This document shows, one piece after another, positions 10,759 through 19,757 of a stretch of DNA of 20,086 nt. Numbering within the stretch: position 1 is the first letter of the stretch; the number at the start of each line of letters is the position of its first letter. A program made the position numbers and the translations under genes. The DNA comes from Octopus sinensis (Eukaryota): positions 1 to 20,086 of the forward strand of contig NW_021824133.1 in assembly GCF_006345805.1 (NCBI RefSeq), written 5' to 3'. Under the pieces are notes generated by a model. That model was not told the DNA's origin. It did not search any database and was given only the letters and a program-made list of their open reading frames with translations.

Positions 10759-11002
10759 CTGAAAAAGTCCGTCGTATATATAGATGTATATATGCATGTC
10801 TGTCTTTGTGTCTATGTTTGTTCCACCAACCGATATTGACAACCGATATTGGTGTGTTTACGACCCCGTAACTTTGGAGTTTGGCAAAGGAGGTCCATAA
10901 AATAATTACCAGGCTTAAAAGAAAGTACTGGAATTGATATATAAATTCTTCAAGACGGTGTCCCAGTAAGGCCGCAGTCTAATGACTAAAAGAAGTAAAA
11001 GA
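10759..11002 (+). mobile_element. Diverged 3' half of SINE family A
   Basis: Collinear with ~12505-12854 (CCGTCGTAT...TTGACAACCGAT...GTGTGTTTACG.CCCCGTAACTT...GGCCGCAGTC.AATGACT...GTAAAAGA). Confidence 0.85.
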
Positions 11003-11011
11003 TAAAATATA

Positions 11012-11017
11012 ATATAG

Positions 11018-11057
<40 letters not shown>

Positions 11058-11078
11058 GTGTGTGTGTGTTGTTATGTG

Positions 11079-11121
<43 letters not shown>

Positions 11122-11203
11122 CATACATACATATATATATATACTCACACACACACATATATATATATATATAGTGAGAGAGAGGGGAGAGAGTGAGTGA
11201 ATG

Positions 11204-11272
<69 letters not shown>

Positions 11273-11275
11273 CGC
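11012..11275. repeat. (TA)n/(CA)n/(GA)n/(GATA)n microsatellite block
   Basis: Directly visible. Confidence 0.95.
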
Positions 11276-11797
11276 AAACACACGCATACACAAGCAGATA
11301 TCTTTCTTCCTTTTTCGATATTTCTTTCTTTTCATTCCAACATAAAATCTTCATACACTTATCTAAAACTATATCTATTAACACATTCCCAGACAGCCTC
11401 AAACCAAACGGCTATCACCAACATCACCAACTCCACCACAACCATCATAACTACCACCACCACCACCACCACCACCACCCCACCAATAACAACAACAGCA
11501 ACATCAGAGTCAACATCAGTGACAAAAACTTCAAACTTGTTATATTCGCTATTTCGACTTCACTTAACCTCATCTTACGGAAGTTCAAAGCTACAGTGTC
11601 AGATTATAATTGTTATTAATGACTATTAACAAATGATTATTAGGAATTAATGAGAAATTTCAATTATGATCTTAGTTGTCTGTTGTTATTGTGCGTCCAG
11701 AATTTCGTGGCCAACATATATATATATATATATATATATACTCATGCATAGATAGATATACATACACGCTTACATGAATATATATACACACACACAC

Positions 11798-11839
<42 letters not shown>

Positions 11840-12357
11840 CTGCGTATATGCGTGCGCGTGTGAAGCACACAATCATACGCGCACACATATTATATACATA
11901 TACGCATGTGCATCTATGTATACATATATTACATATATGTATTACTGGGGAACAATTTTGAACATAATATCTGTTGAGTTTGCTTTTTGATTTAATTACA
12001 TTGGCATGCATGCTGATTTCAAAATTGCAGTCAGTTTCCTTTCACCACGTTAAGGCTTTTTGATTCTACATCTTACTCTCCGAATAAGCATAATTGTATT
12101 GTTCGTCCATAAACAATGGTACTGGTCAGTTGCCTTCATTATTTTATTAATAACGCTGGGGAATACTTTCGAGAACATCTTAAGTTGTCTTGGCTTTTAC
12201 AATTAGTCTTACCTAATTTGATGATGATGGGTTTAGAAATGCCCTCAGAAATCTTCTTTTCGCATCAAGGTTTTGTTAAAGAGGAATTAATTTTATTTTA
12301 CCAAAAAATATCAATTTTATCATTAAATTCAATGCTGAAATTAAAAAGATTCACACT

Positions 12358-12528
12358 AGCGTAGGAGTGGCTGTGTGGTAAGTAGCTTGCTTACGAACTA
12401 CATGGTTCCGGGTTCAGTCCCACTGCATGGCACCTAGGGCAAGTGTCTTCTACTATAGCCTCGAGCCGACCAAAGCCTTGTGAGTGGATTTGGTAGACAG
12501 AAAATGAAAGAAGCCTGTCGTGTATATG

Positions 12529-12564
<36 letters not shown>

Positions 12565-12915
12565 ATGTGTATATATATATATTATATATATATATATATA
12601 ATATGTATATGTGTATATATATATATATGTGTGTGTGTGTGTATACATGTTTGTGTGTCTGTGTTTGTCCCCCTCCCCAACATCGCTTGACAACCGATGC
12701 TGTTGTGTTTACATCCCCGTAACTTAGCGGTTCGGCAAATGACACCGACAGAATAAGTACTAGGCCTACAAAGAATAAGACCTGGGGTCGATTTGCTCGA
12801 CTAAAGGCGGTGCTCCAGCATGGCCACAGTCAAATGACTGAAACAAGTAAAAGAGTAAAAGAGTAAAAGAGTAAAAGAGTAAAAGAGTAAAAGAGTAAAA
12901 GAGTAAAAGAGTAAA
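12358..12915 (+). mobile_element. Full-length tRNA-derived SINE family A, with an internal (TA)/(TG) microsatellite and a (GTAAAAGA)8 tail
   Basis: A-box-like TGGCTGTGTGG (12368-12378) and B-box-like GGTTCAGTCC (12411-12420). Two other near-complete copies lie in this window (13236-13673, 14529-14934). Eight perfect GTAAAAGA units at 12847-12910. No clear TSD. Confidence 0.93.
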
Positions 12916-12959
12916 CCAAACAGTGTTTTTCATTGTTTACGCAAAATGTTTAATTTCAT

Positions 12960-13457
12960 ACTTTTAGGCCAGATATTTCTGTCATGCTTTTCGTGAATAA
13001 CTTACATCGAAACAATCTTTGTAGAAACCAGCAGTAGTCAGCCATCATTTTTGTGTTCCACCTGCCTTGATACCTAGTCTTAATGGTCTCAATATTTTGA
13101 CAGAATCTTTCTCCTTGCTCATCACTTACTGCACCATAGTTTTCGGAGAGGTAGTCCAGATGACTGCAGAAAATACACTTTTACACTTATGTTGCAGCCC
13201 AGTTCTCGAAGACTGGTTAGCAGGGTCTAAAAAAGTTTACTGTTTTACTGTTTTACTGTTTTACTTGTTTCAGTCATTTGACTGCGGCCATGCTGGAGCA
13301 CCGCCTTTAATCGAGCAATTCGACCCCGGGACTTATTCTTTTGTAAACCCAGTACTTATTCTATCGGTCTCTTTTGCCGAACCGCTAAGTGACGGGGACG
13401 TAAACACACCAGCATCGGTTGTCAAGCAATGCTAGGGAGACAAACACAGACACACAA

Positions 13458-13508
<51 letters not shown>

Positions 13509-14086
13509 TTCGACAGGCTTCTTTCAGTTTCTGTCTACCAAATCCACTCACAAGGCATTGGTCAGCCCGGGGTTATAGCAGAAGACACTAGCCCAAGATG
13601 CCACGCAGTGGGACTGAACCCAGAACCATGTGGTTGGTTAGCAAGCTACTTACCACACAGCCACTCCTGCGCCTACTTCTTCATAATTTTATGACCTCTT
13701 GTTTCCAAGGAAGTCAGACACAACTGCAGCAAAGGTATTCCACGCCCCTCTTTCAGTACCAGACACGCTCTCCAAAAACCGCTTGTCTTGCAATAATTAC
13801 CTAATCTGAGGTCCATCAAGCACAGCAGCAGTAATTTTCTCACAAGACAAATTTCATCACAAAGTAACTAAAGCAGTCACTGTATCAGTGCTTCAATACA
13901 CGTTTTACACACTACATGGGGTGCCTAGACTTTGTCTTGATCACCTAGTTTCATACCAAAGTAAGGTAAGCTTTTTTCACAAAATCTGTGATTTTGTTTC
14001 GCTGCCTAGTTAAAGTGTAACATCCACAAATATAGCACAGGGCATTGAGGCAGTTTTTTGCATTTTCTTCTCTCACAACTGGCCGT
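12960..14086 (-). pseudogene. Internally deleted Chapaev3-like (CMC/EnSpm-related) transposase remnant, interrupted by a SINE
   Basis: Minus strand: RRKCK...CYICGCYTLTRQRNKITDFVKKAYL / YFGMKLGDQDKV*APHVVCKTCIEAL (N-terminal Cys/His zinc-finger-like region). It then jumps to EKITAAVLDGPQIR*LLQDKRFLESVSGTERGAWNTFAAVVSDFLGNKRS*NYEEV, then [SINE], then TLLTSLRELGCNISVKVYFLQS / LDYLSENYGAVSDEQGERFCQNIETIKTRYQGRWNTKMMADYCWFLQR. Transposase identity is confident. The Chapaev3 label is from memory of the motifs. Confidence 0.8.
13236..13673 (-). mobile_element. Full-length SINE family A, antisense, inserted in the Chapaev3-like transposase
   Basis: The head GGCGCAGGAGTGGCTGTGTGG on minus starts at 13673. 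The tail is (GTAAAACA)n at about 13236-13264. Collinear with 12358-12915. Confidence 0.93.
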
Positions 14087-14368
14087 AGTTTCTGAAATAA
14101 AAAAAACATATATTCAAGCCGGTTGTCACCTGGGGAAAACATTTTCAGAATTGTAAACAATTATAAAGTAAGCAAATGCAGATTTGTGATGGCAAAGTTC
14201 CATAAATAAATAAATAGCATACATACCATGAAGATTTTTCCACAGTTCTTTGTCCATGCTAGACGAAAAAAGTGACCTAGACCCACGTGACCGCACAATT
14301 AAGCATTAAGGGGACATTCAAAATGCCAAATTTCATAAGAAATAGTTAAAAGGTCAATAAAAAAAATA

Positions 14369-14413
14369 GGCGCAGGAGTGGCTGTGTGGTAAGGAGCTTG
14401 CTTACCAACCACA
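14369..14413 (+). mobile_element. Head-only (5' 45 bp) fragment of SINE family A
   Basis: GGCGCAGGAGTGGCTGTGTGGTAAGGAGCTTGCTTACCAACCACA, followed by unrelated sequence. Confidence 0.9.
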
Positions 14414-14528
14414 CTGCACCTATCTGTAGTCCTTGACATCATACGTGCTTTATATTTGTGGAATTTGTCGGCACATATACCCACGCTGTGCATGATTTAG
14501 CTTGACTATCACTGTTTCCTCTCACTCT

Positions 14529-14934
14529 CTCTTTTACTTGTTTCAGTCATGTGACTGTGGCCATGCTGGAGTACCGCCTTTAGTCGAGCAAATCGACCCC
14601 AGGACATATTCGTTGTAAGCCTAGTACTTATTCTATCGGTTTTTTTGCCGAACCGCTAAGTTACGGGGACGTAAACACACCAGCATCGGTTGTCAAGCGA
14701 TGTTGGGGGGACAAACACAGACACACAAACATACACACAGATACACATACACACACATATATATATAAGTATATAGGACGGGCTTCTTTCAGTTTCCGTC
14801 TACCAAATCCACTCACAAGGCTTTGGTCGGCCCGAGGCTATAGTAGAAGACACTTGCCCAAAGTGCCACGCAGTGGGACTGAACCCGGAACCATGTGGTT
14901 CGTTAGCAAGCTACTTACCACACAGCCACTCCTG
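14529..14934 (-). mobile_element. Near full-length SINE family A, antisense
   Basis: Collinear with the other two copies. It lacks the first few bases of the head and has no expanded tail. Confidence 0.93.
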
Positions 14935-15377
14935 GTCATTTTTTCCGCATAGATTCCGTATCAAGGGTATACGATCAAAACTAAATGAGGAAACTGAAAT
15001 CAGAGTAAAAATCAGAATAAACATCGCATTTCGACTTCGAAGATCCAAAGCGGAGAATTACATCCTACGACTTCCGTGCGCCTAGATTTAAGGAGAAATT
15101 TGTAAAATATGATACCACAAGACAGAACGTGCCTTCTGGATCATGACTTGGATTCGTGACAAAATCTCAGCGTCCAAGAAACTAAGCCAGAGAACCCTCA
15201 CAATTTCTAAATTCTTCCATAAAGTACACATATAACTTACACTGACGAGAGTAATGTTTGAATTGGAACTAACATATTCAACCTGAAATTCTATCCTTTT
15301 TCGTAAGGTTTCAATCCCAGCTCATAGATATCTCAATTTTCTTTTTCTTTTTTTTTTTTAATTTCTCGACCCTAAAG

Positions 15378-15914
15378 ATGATCATGATATTGATGATGTC
15401 GATGATGATGATAATGATGATGATGCTGGTGATGGTGGTGGTGGTGGTGGAGGTGCTGGTGGTGGTATTGGTGGTTGTTGTGGTAGAGGCGATGAAGCTA
15501 GTGATGATGCTGATGATGACAACGACGATGAGAACGTCGACGACGACGACGATGACGATGACGACGATGACGATGATGATGATGATGATGATGATGATTG
15601 ATGATGATGACGATGACGATGACGACGACGATGACGACGATGATGATGATGATGATGATCATGCGGAGGTGGAAAGTGAAGTGATAAAGATAGATAATCA
15701 AAATAATGATGAAACTAGTAGTGGTGATGATGATGGTGGTGGTGGTGGTGGTGATGATGGTGATGATGATTCTGAATATAATGATGATGAAGATAATTAG
15801 AGAAGTAATATGATGATAATGATGATGATGATGATGGGGAGGAGGAGGGGGAGGGGAGAAGGGAGAGAAGGAGGATGACGACGACGACAATGAAAAGGAA
15901 GAGCATAGACGTCG

Positions 15915-15957
<43 letters not shown>

Positions 15958-16925
15958 GAACACCATAATTATCACATATAACAACAACAACAAAAAAAAG
16001 AAAAGGCGCAAAAAAGAAACAAACAAGGAAGATGAAATTCCCCCACCCCCAGCTCTCACCCACCCCCACCTCCAAATAAAGGAGACAACATTGAACTGTT
16101 TTAGCTAAACCGAAACTTCTTGAAGAACAGAGACAGGAAGTTAAGTGTTGTTGTTGTTGTTGATGATGATGATGATGATGATGATGTTCATAGCTAATAG
16201 TAAAAGAGACGTTAGTTATGATGGTGCTGATGGTGGTGTTGGTGGTGGTGGAGGTGGGGGGGTGCCAGGTAAATTATTTTACAAAATCTTTAATATATTT
16301 AGCAAGGCTTGTACCATCAATCATCCCTGGACGGAAGGTGTCTAGGTGTGAAGAACGGTCAGTCGCCAGTGTGGCTGCAGCGGTGGCGGTAGAGGGGAGG
16401 TTGTTGTTGTTGTTGTTGTTGTGTTGTTGTTGGTGGTGGTGGTAATTTTAGTTAGTGTAGTGGTTAGAGTTGATGGTTAGATAGATGGTTGGGATAATTA
16501 GGATGGTGGTGATGTTGGTAGTGACGGTGGGATGATGGTGGTGATGGCTTCAGGCGGTGGTAGTGATGGTGGTGCTGGTGGTGGTGCTGGTGCTGGTGAT
16601 GAGGATGCTGATGATGATGATGATGATGATGATGGTGATGATGGTGATGGTGGTGCTGGTGGCAGTAATAATTATGATGGTAGGTTTATGTTTAGTGATG
16701 GTGGGGGATGATTAAGCCGGCGCTGGTGGTGCAAAACATTGGGTGAGAGATGTTGGAGATGGTGTCGATGTGGGAGGTGATGGTTATGATGATGGTGATG
16801 GCCGTAGTAGTGATTGTTATGGTCATGATGGTGATGGTGGTGGGAAGGATGGAGTTGCGATGGGAAGGGATGTGTGGCGGTGATGGTTAGGATGGGGCAT
16901 TGATGATGGTTAGTGCTGGTGGTGG
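15378..16925. repeat. Long degenerate trinucleotide low-complexity region (GAT/GAC/GGT/GTT/CAT/CAA)
   Basis: Directly visible. It produces the poly-D/M/V/H/I ORFs in the track. Confidence 0.92.
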
Positions 16926-16950
16926 TTGTGTTGAGAATGGTAGTAATATT

Positions 16951-17350
16951 CTTTTCTACTCTAGGCACAAGGCTCGAAATTTTGGGGAAGGGGACAGTCA
17001 GTTAGATCGACCCCAGTACACAACAGATACTTGATTTATCGATCCCTGAAAGAATGAAAGCCAAAGTCGACCTCGGTGGGATTTGAACTCAGAACGTAAC
17101 GGCGGACGAAATACCTATTTCTTTACTACCCACAAGGGGCTAAACACAGAGGGGACAAACAAGGACAGACAAACGGATTAAGTCGATTATTTTAACCCCA
17201 GTGCGTAAATGGTACTTAATTTATCGATCCCGAAAGGATGAAACGCAAAGTCGACCTCGGCGGAATTTGAACTCAGAACGTAACAGCAGACGAAATACGG
17301 CTACGCATTTCGCCCGGTGTGCTAACGATTCTGCCAGCTCGCCGCCTTTG
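16951..17350 (-). mobile_element. Composite (dimeric) tRNA-derived SINE family B with a 14-bp TSD
   Basis: The head on minus (AAGGCGGCGAGCTGGCAGAATCGTTAGC) starts at about 17348. Monomer 1 is 17116-17350. Monomer 2 is 16951-17115, lacks the A box and repeats the GAGTTCAAAT...GTCGACTTT...TCGATAAAT block. TSD ATGGTAGTAATATT at 16937-16950 and 17351-17364. Confidence 0.9.
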
Positions 17351-17351
17351 A

Positions 17352-18159
17352 TGGTAGTAATATTAGCAATGGTGATGGTGGCGGTTGATAATGGTGGTAG
17401 TAGTGGTGATGTTCATGATAGTGGTGGTGGTGGTGGTGGTGGTGGTGTGGTGGTGGTGGTGATTAGGATGATACAAGTATAGGTAAAAGTTACCCCCTCT
17501 TCTCCAGCATGGTCATAGCCTCTAGCTGAAACAAGAAACAAATAAAAGCTCCAGCATGGCCACAACCTATGGCTGAAACAAGTACAAGCTAGATCACATA
17601 CCACAAAGAAAGAATTCCGTCCGATGATTTAACGAATCAGCCACGTTGCTGGTTCTAGTGATAACGGTAGCGATGATGGTTGAGGCAGTTGTGGGGATGA
17701 TAGTGGCGGTGGTAGTGGTGGCTATAACGATGTGGGCGAGGTCGGATATATTGCTCGGTGGCAATCTTAGATTGGTCTCGTGGGGTCATCGTGGTGAGGG
17801 TGAATTGTAACACCAGCACTGATAGTAGCATCGGTAGTGGTGGTGGTGGTGGTGGTGGTGGTGGTGGTGATGATGGTTGTATAGGTAGTAGTAACAGTGG
17901 TGGTTGTGGTTGTTTCTTTTTCTCTTTACGAACATAGAGAGTGTAGGGGAGTAGCTGCGGTAGGTGGGAGGTGGTCGGAGATAATGACCACCGCACCTCA
18001 TCCTAATCCCCATCTCGCCCCCGTTACCGCTAGATTTCTTTCCCAGTTGGCAACTTGTGGGTCCATGACAGAAATCCCTTCACCCAATCATTCATTCATT
18101 CCGACAGAAAGACAGACAAACAAACAAATAGACGGACACACAGATAGCTAACAGATGTT

Positions 18160-18201
<42 letters not shown>

Positions 18202-18240
18202 ACGGTGGCGGTGTGGTGGTGGTGGTGGTGGTGGTAGTAA
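17352..18240. repeat. (GGT)n/(GAT)n/(TAG)n low-complexity tracts interspersed with short unique stretches
   Basis: Directly visible at about 17370-17460, 17660-17910 and 18160-18240. Confidence 0.85.
17502..17588 (+). mobile_element. Two tandem SINE 3'-tail fragments related to the family A tail
   Basis: CTCCAGCATGGTCATAGCCTCTAGCTGAAACAAG and CTCCAGCATGGCCACAACCTATGGCTGAAACAAGTA, compared with CTCCAGCATGGCCACAGTCAAATGACTGAAACAAGTA at 12813-12849. Confidence 0.75.
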
Positions 18241-18249
18241 TTTCCGATT

Positions 18250-18520
18250 TAGGCCCAGGGGCAGCAAGTCTGAGGGAACGGGGAGTAGTCGATACCATGA
18301 ATCCCATTACTTGGCTGGTACTTATTTTATCGACCCCGAAAGGAAAAAAAGGCAAGAATTATCTTGGCGCGATTTGATCACTGAAAGCAATGTGTCCGAA
18401 CGACAACAATATTAACAATAATCCTTTCCAATTTTAGCACGAGGCCAGCAATTTCGGGATGCAGGGAATAAGTCGATTACAGTGTGCAACTAATCCTTAT
18501 TTTTTATCGACCCCCGAAAC
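18250..18520 (-). mobile_element. Two highly degraded remnants of SINE family B
   Basis: Diagnostic blocks CTGGTACTTATTTTATCGACCCCGAAAGG (~18315-18343) and AAGTCGATTAC...TTTATCGACCCCCGAAA (~18470-18519) match ~17210-17237. Confidence 0.65.
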
Positions 18521-18553
18521 ATTTTCAGGGCATTTTCATAGCATTTTTAACGA

Positions 18554-18627
18554 TGGCCGGTTAACTGAAGAGATGGTGGCGCGGATTTCCACCCCGACAT
18601 CCGAAACTCGGAGTTTTATCTTGGCTA
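18554..18627 (+). ncRNA. Degenerate type I hammerhead-ribozyme-like motif
   Basis: CTGAAGA (18565-18571); stem II GATG/CATC with one extra C before GAAA (18603-18606); near-palindromic stem III ACTC-G-GAGT; GTT triplet; pairable stem I flanks. Confidence 0.45.
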
Positions 18628-18724
18628 CCGAAAAATTGTCCCATATTATTTTACAGATAAATTCCTCTATTTACATAATATCGAGGTCTCTTCTCATTCT
18701 TTTGTTGTCTTACCATTTCTATCA

Positions 18725-18757
<33 letters not shown>

Positions 18758-18848
18758 ATATATATAATATATATTTAATAGTTGAATGAATTATCTATGG
18801 ATAATTCGGTTAACCGATACCTGGGTAGCAAATTTACGTCAGAAATTA

Positions 18849-18938
18849 CTTGTTTTCCTGATGAGACGGCGGCATAATGCACCCTTATTCCTTCGAAATT
18901 AGGAATATGCAGCCTTCGAAACATATGTCGAAATAAAG
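18849..18938 (+). ncRNA. Type I hammerhead ribozyme candidate (Penelope-like-element type, palindromic stem III)
   Basis: CTGATGA (18858-18864); stem II GACGGC/GCCTTC (5 of 6 pairs, G10.1-C11.1 intact), extended by further hairpin; GAAA (18918-18921); ACATATGT palindrome (18921-18928); GTC cleavage triplet (18927-18929); stem I TTGTTTTC/GAAATAA. Confidence 0.7.
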
Positions 18939-19011
18939 GAATTTTATTAAATCGTCGTTCAACTCCATTCTTTCATTTATTTATATATATACATACATAC
19001 ATTATTATCTA

Positions 19012-19051
<40 letters not shown>

Positions 19052-19057
19052 TATATA

Positions 19058-19130
19058 CTAGAAAAAACAGCCTAAGTTCTATAACTTAGCTGGTTCTATG
19101 GTGGTTATAGAACTTAGCTGTTCTTTCTAG
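19058..19130. repeat. 73-bp near-perfect inverted repeat (28/27-nt arms, 18-nt spacer)
   Basis: CTAGAAAAAACAGCCTAAGTTCTATAAC (19058-19085) versus GTTATAGAACTTAGCTGTTCTTTCTAG (19104-19130): one mismatch and one bulge. Confidence 0.9.
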
Positions 19131-19757
19131 CGCGTAGAATCCCTATAAGTGGATTCTCTATGTGTTTAAATATACACAATATCGTATGACTAATATATAG
19201 TCTTTTTGACTAAAAGTTTTTACGCGTTAGACCACTGGAAATGTAAATTTTAATTGAATGTTTTTAATTTTAATTAAATTCCATTTCCCTTTGATATGAT
19301 TGAATACTATATATGTATATATATATATACACACACACACTAGCCAGGGAATGACAGGTCTTGTCTCCCAACATAACTGAAGTGGATCTTCCTTCATTTT
19401 TGTTTATGTCAAGTCTTTATAATTTATCTCTAACACATACAAAACAGTCATCATGAGATGTTTTTCTCATGTGCATGGTGCTGTCAGCGCGCGCATGTCT
19501 GCGCGTGCGTGAACGCCGTTATTGTTGTTGCTCTTGTTCACAAGAAACTCACTAACATTGTTAACATGATTAAATTAGAACACATTATTAATTGCAATGA
19601 TATTCTGAGGGAAAATGTCCTTAATATTAGTTTGTTTATCGCGTATAGACGATATATGCCTAAAGTACAAGATATATATATATATATATATAATATATAT
19701 ATATATAATATATATTATATATATATAATATATATATGTTTATGTTATGTTTTCCAG

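Noticed and set aside
10020-10842. ORFs 10020-10385 (+), 10054-10464 (-), 10295-10534 (-) and 10474-10842 (-) as genes
   Set aside because: They are frameshifted fragments or the antisense frame of the dead maT-like transposase.
12847-12915. (GTAAAAGA)n array as a CRISPR, telomeric or satellite repeat
   Set aside because: There are no spacers and it is not a telomeric unit. It is the slippage-expanded 3' tail of the SINE.
14953-15085. Possible terminal exon after TTTTTTCCGCATAG (RFRIKGIRSKLNEE...LPCA*)
   Set aside because: The acceptor context abuts a SINE end, the peptide is unrecognisable and no upstream partner exon is supported.
15242-15275. CTGACGA-G as a further hammerhead core
   Set aside because: There is no downstream stem II partner followed by C-GAAA and no NUH or stem III arrangement.
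15378-15800. Second poly-Asp/Gly stretch after a pyrimidine tract (…CCCTAAAG|)
   Set aside because: The Asp frame breaks at about 15597 (GATTGA), ends in a stop, and has no convincing donor. It also shows that such tracts arise here by chance.
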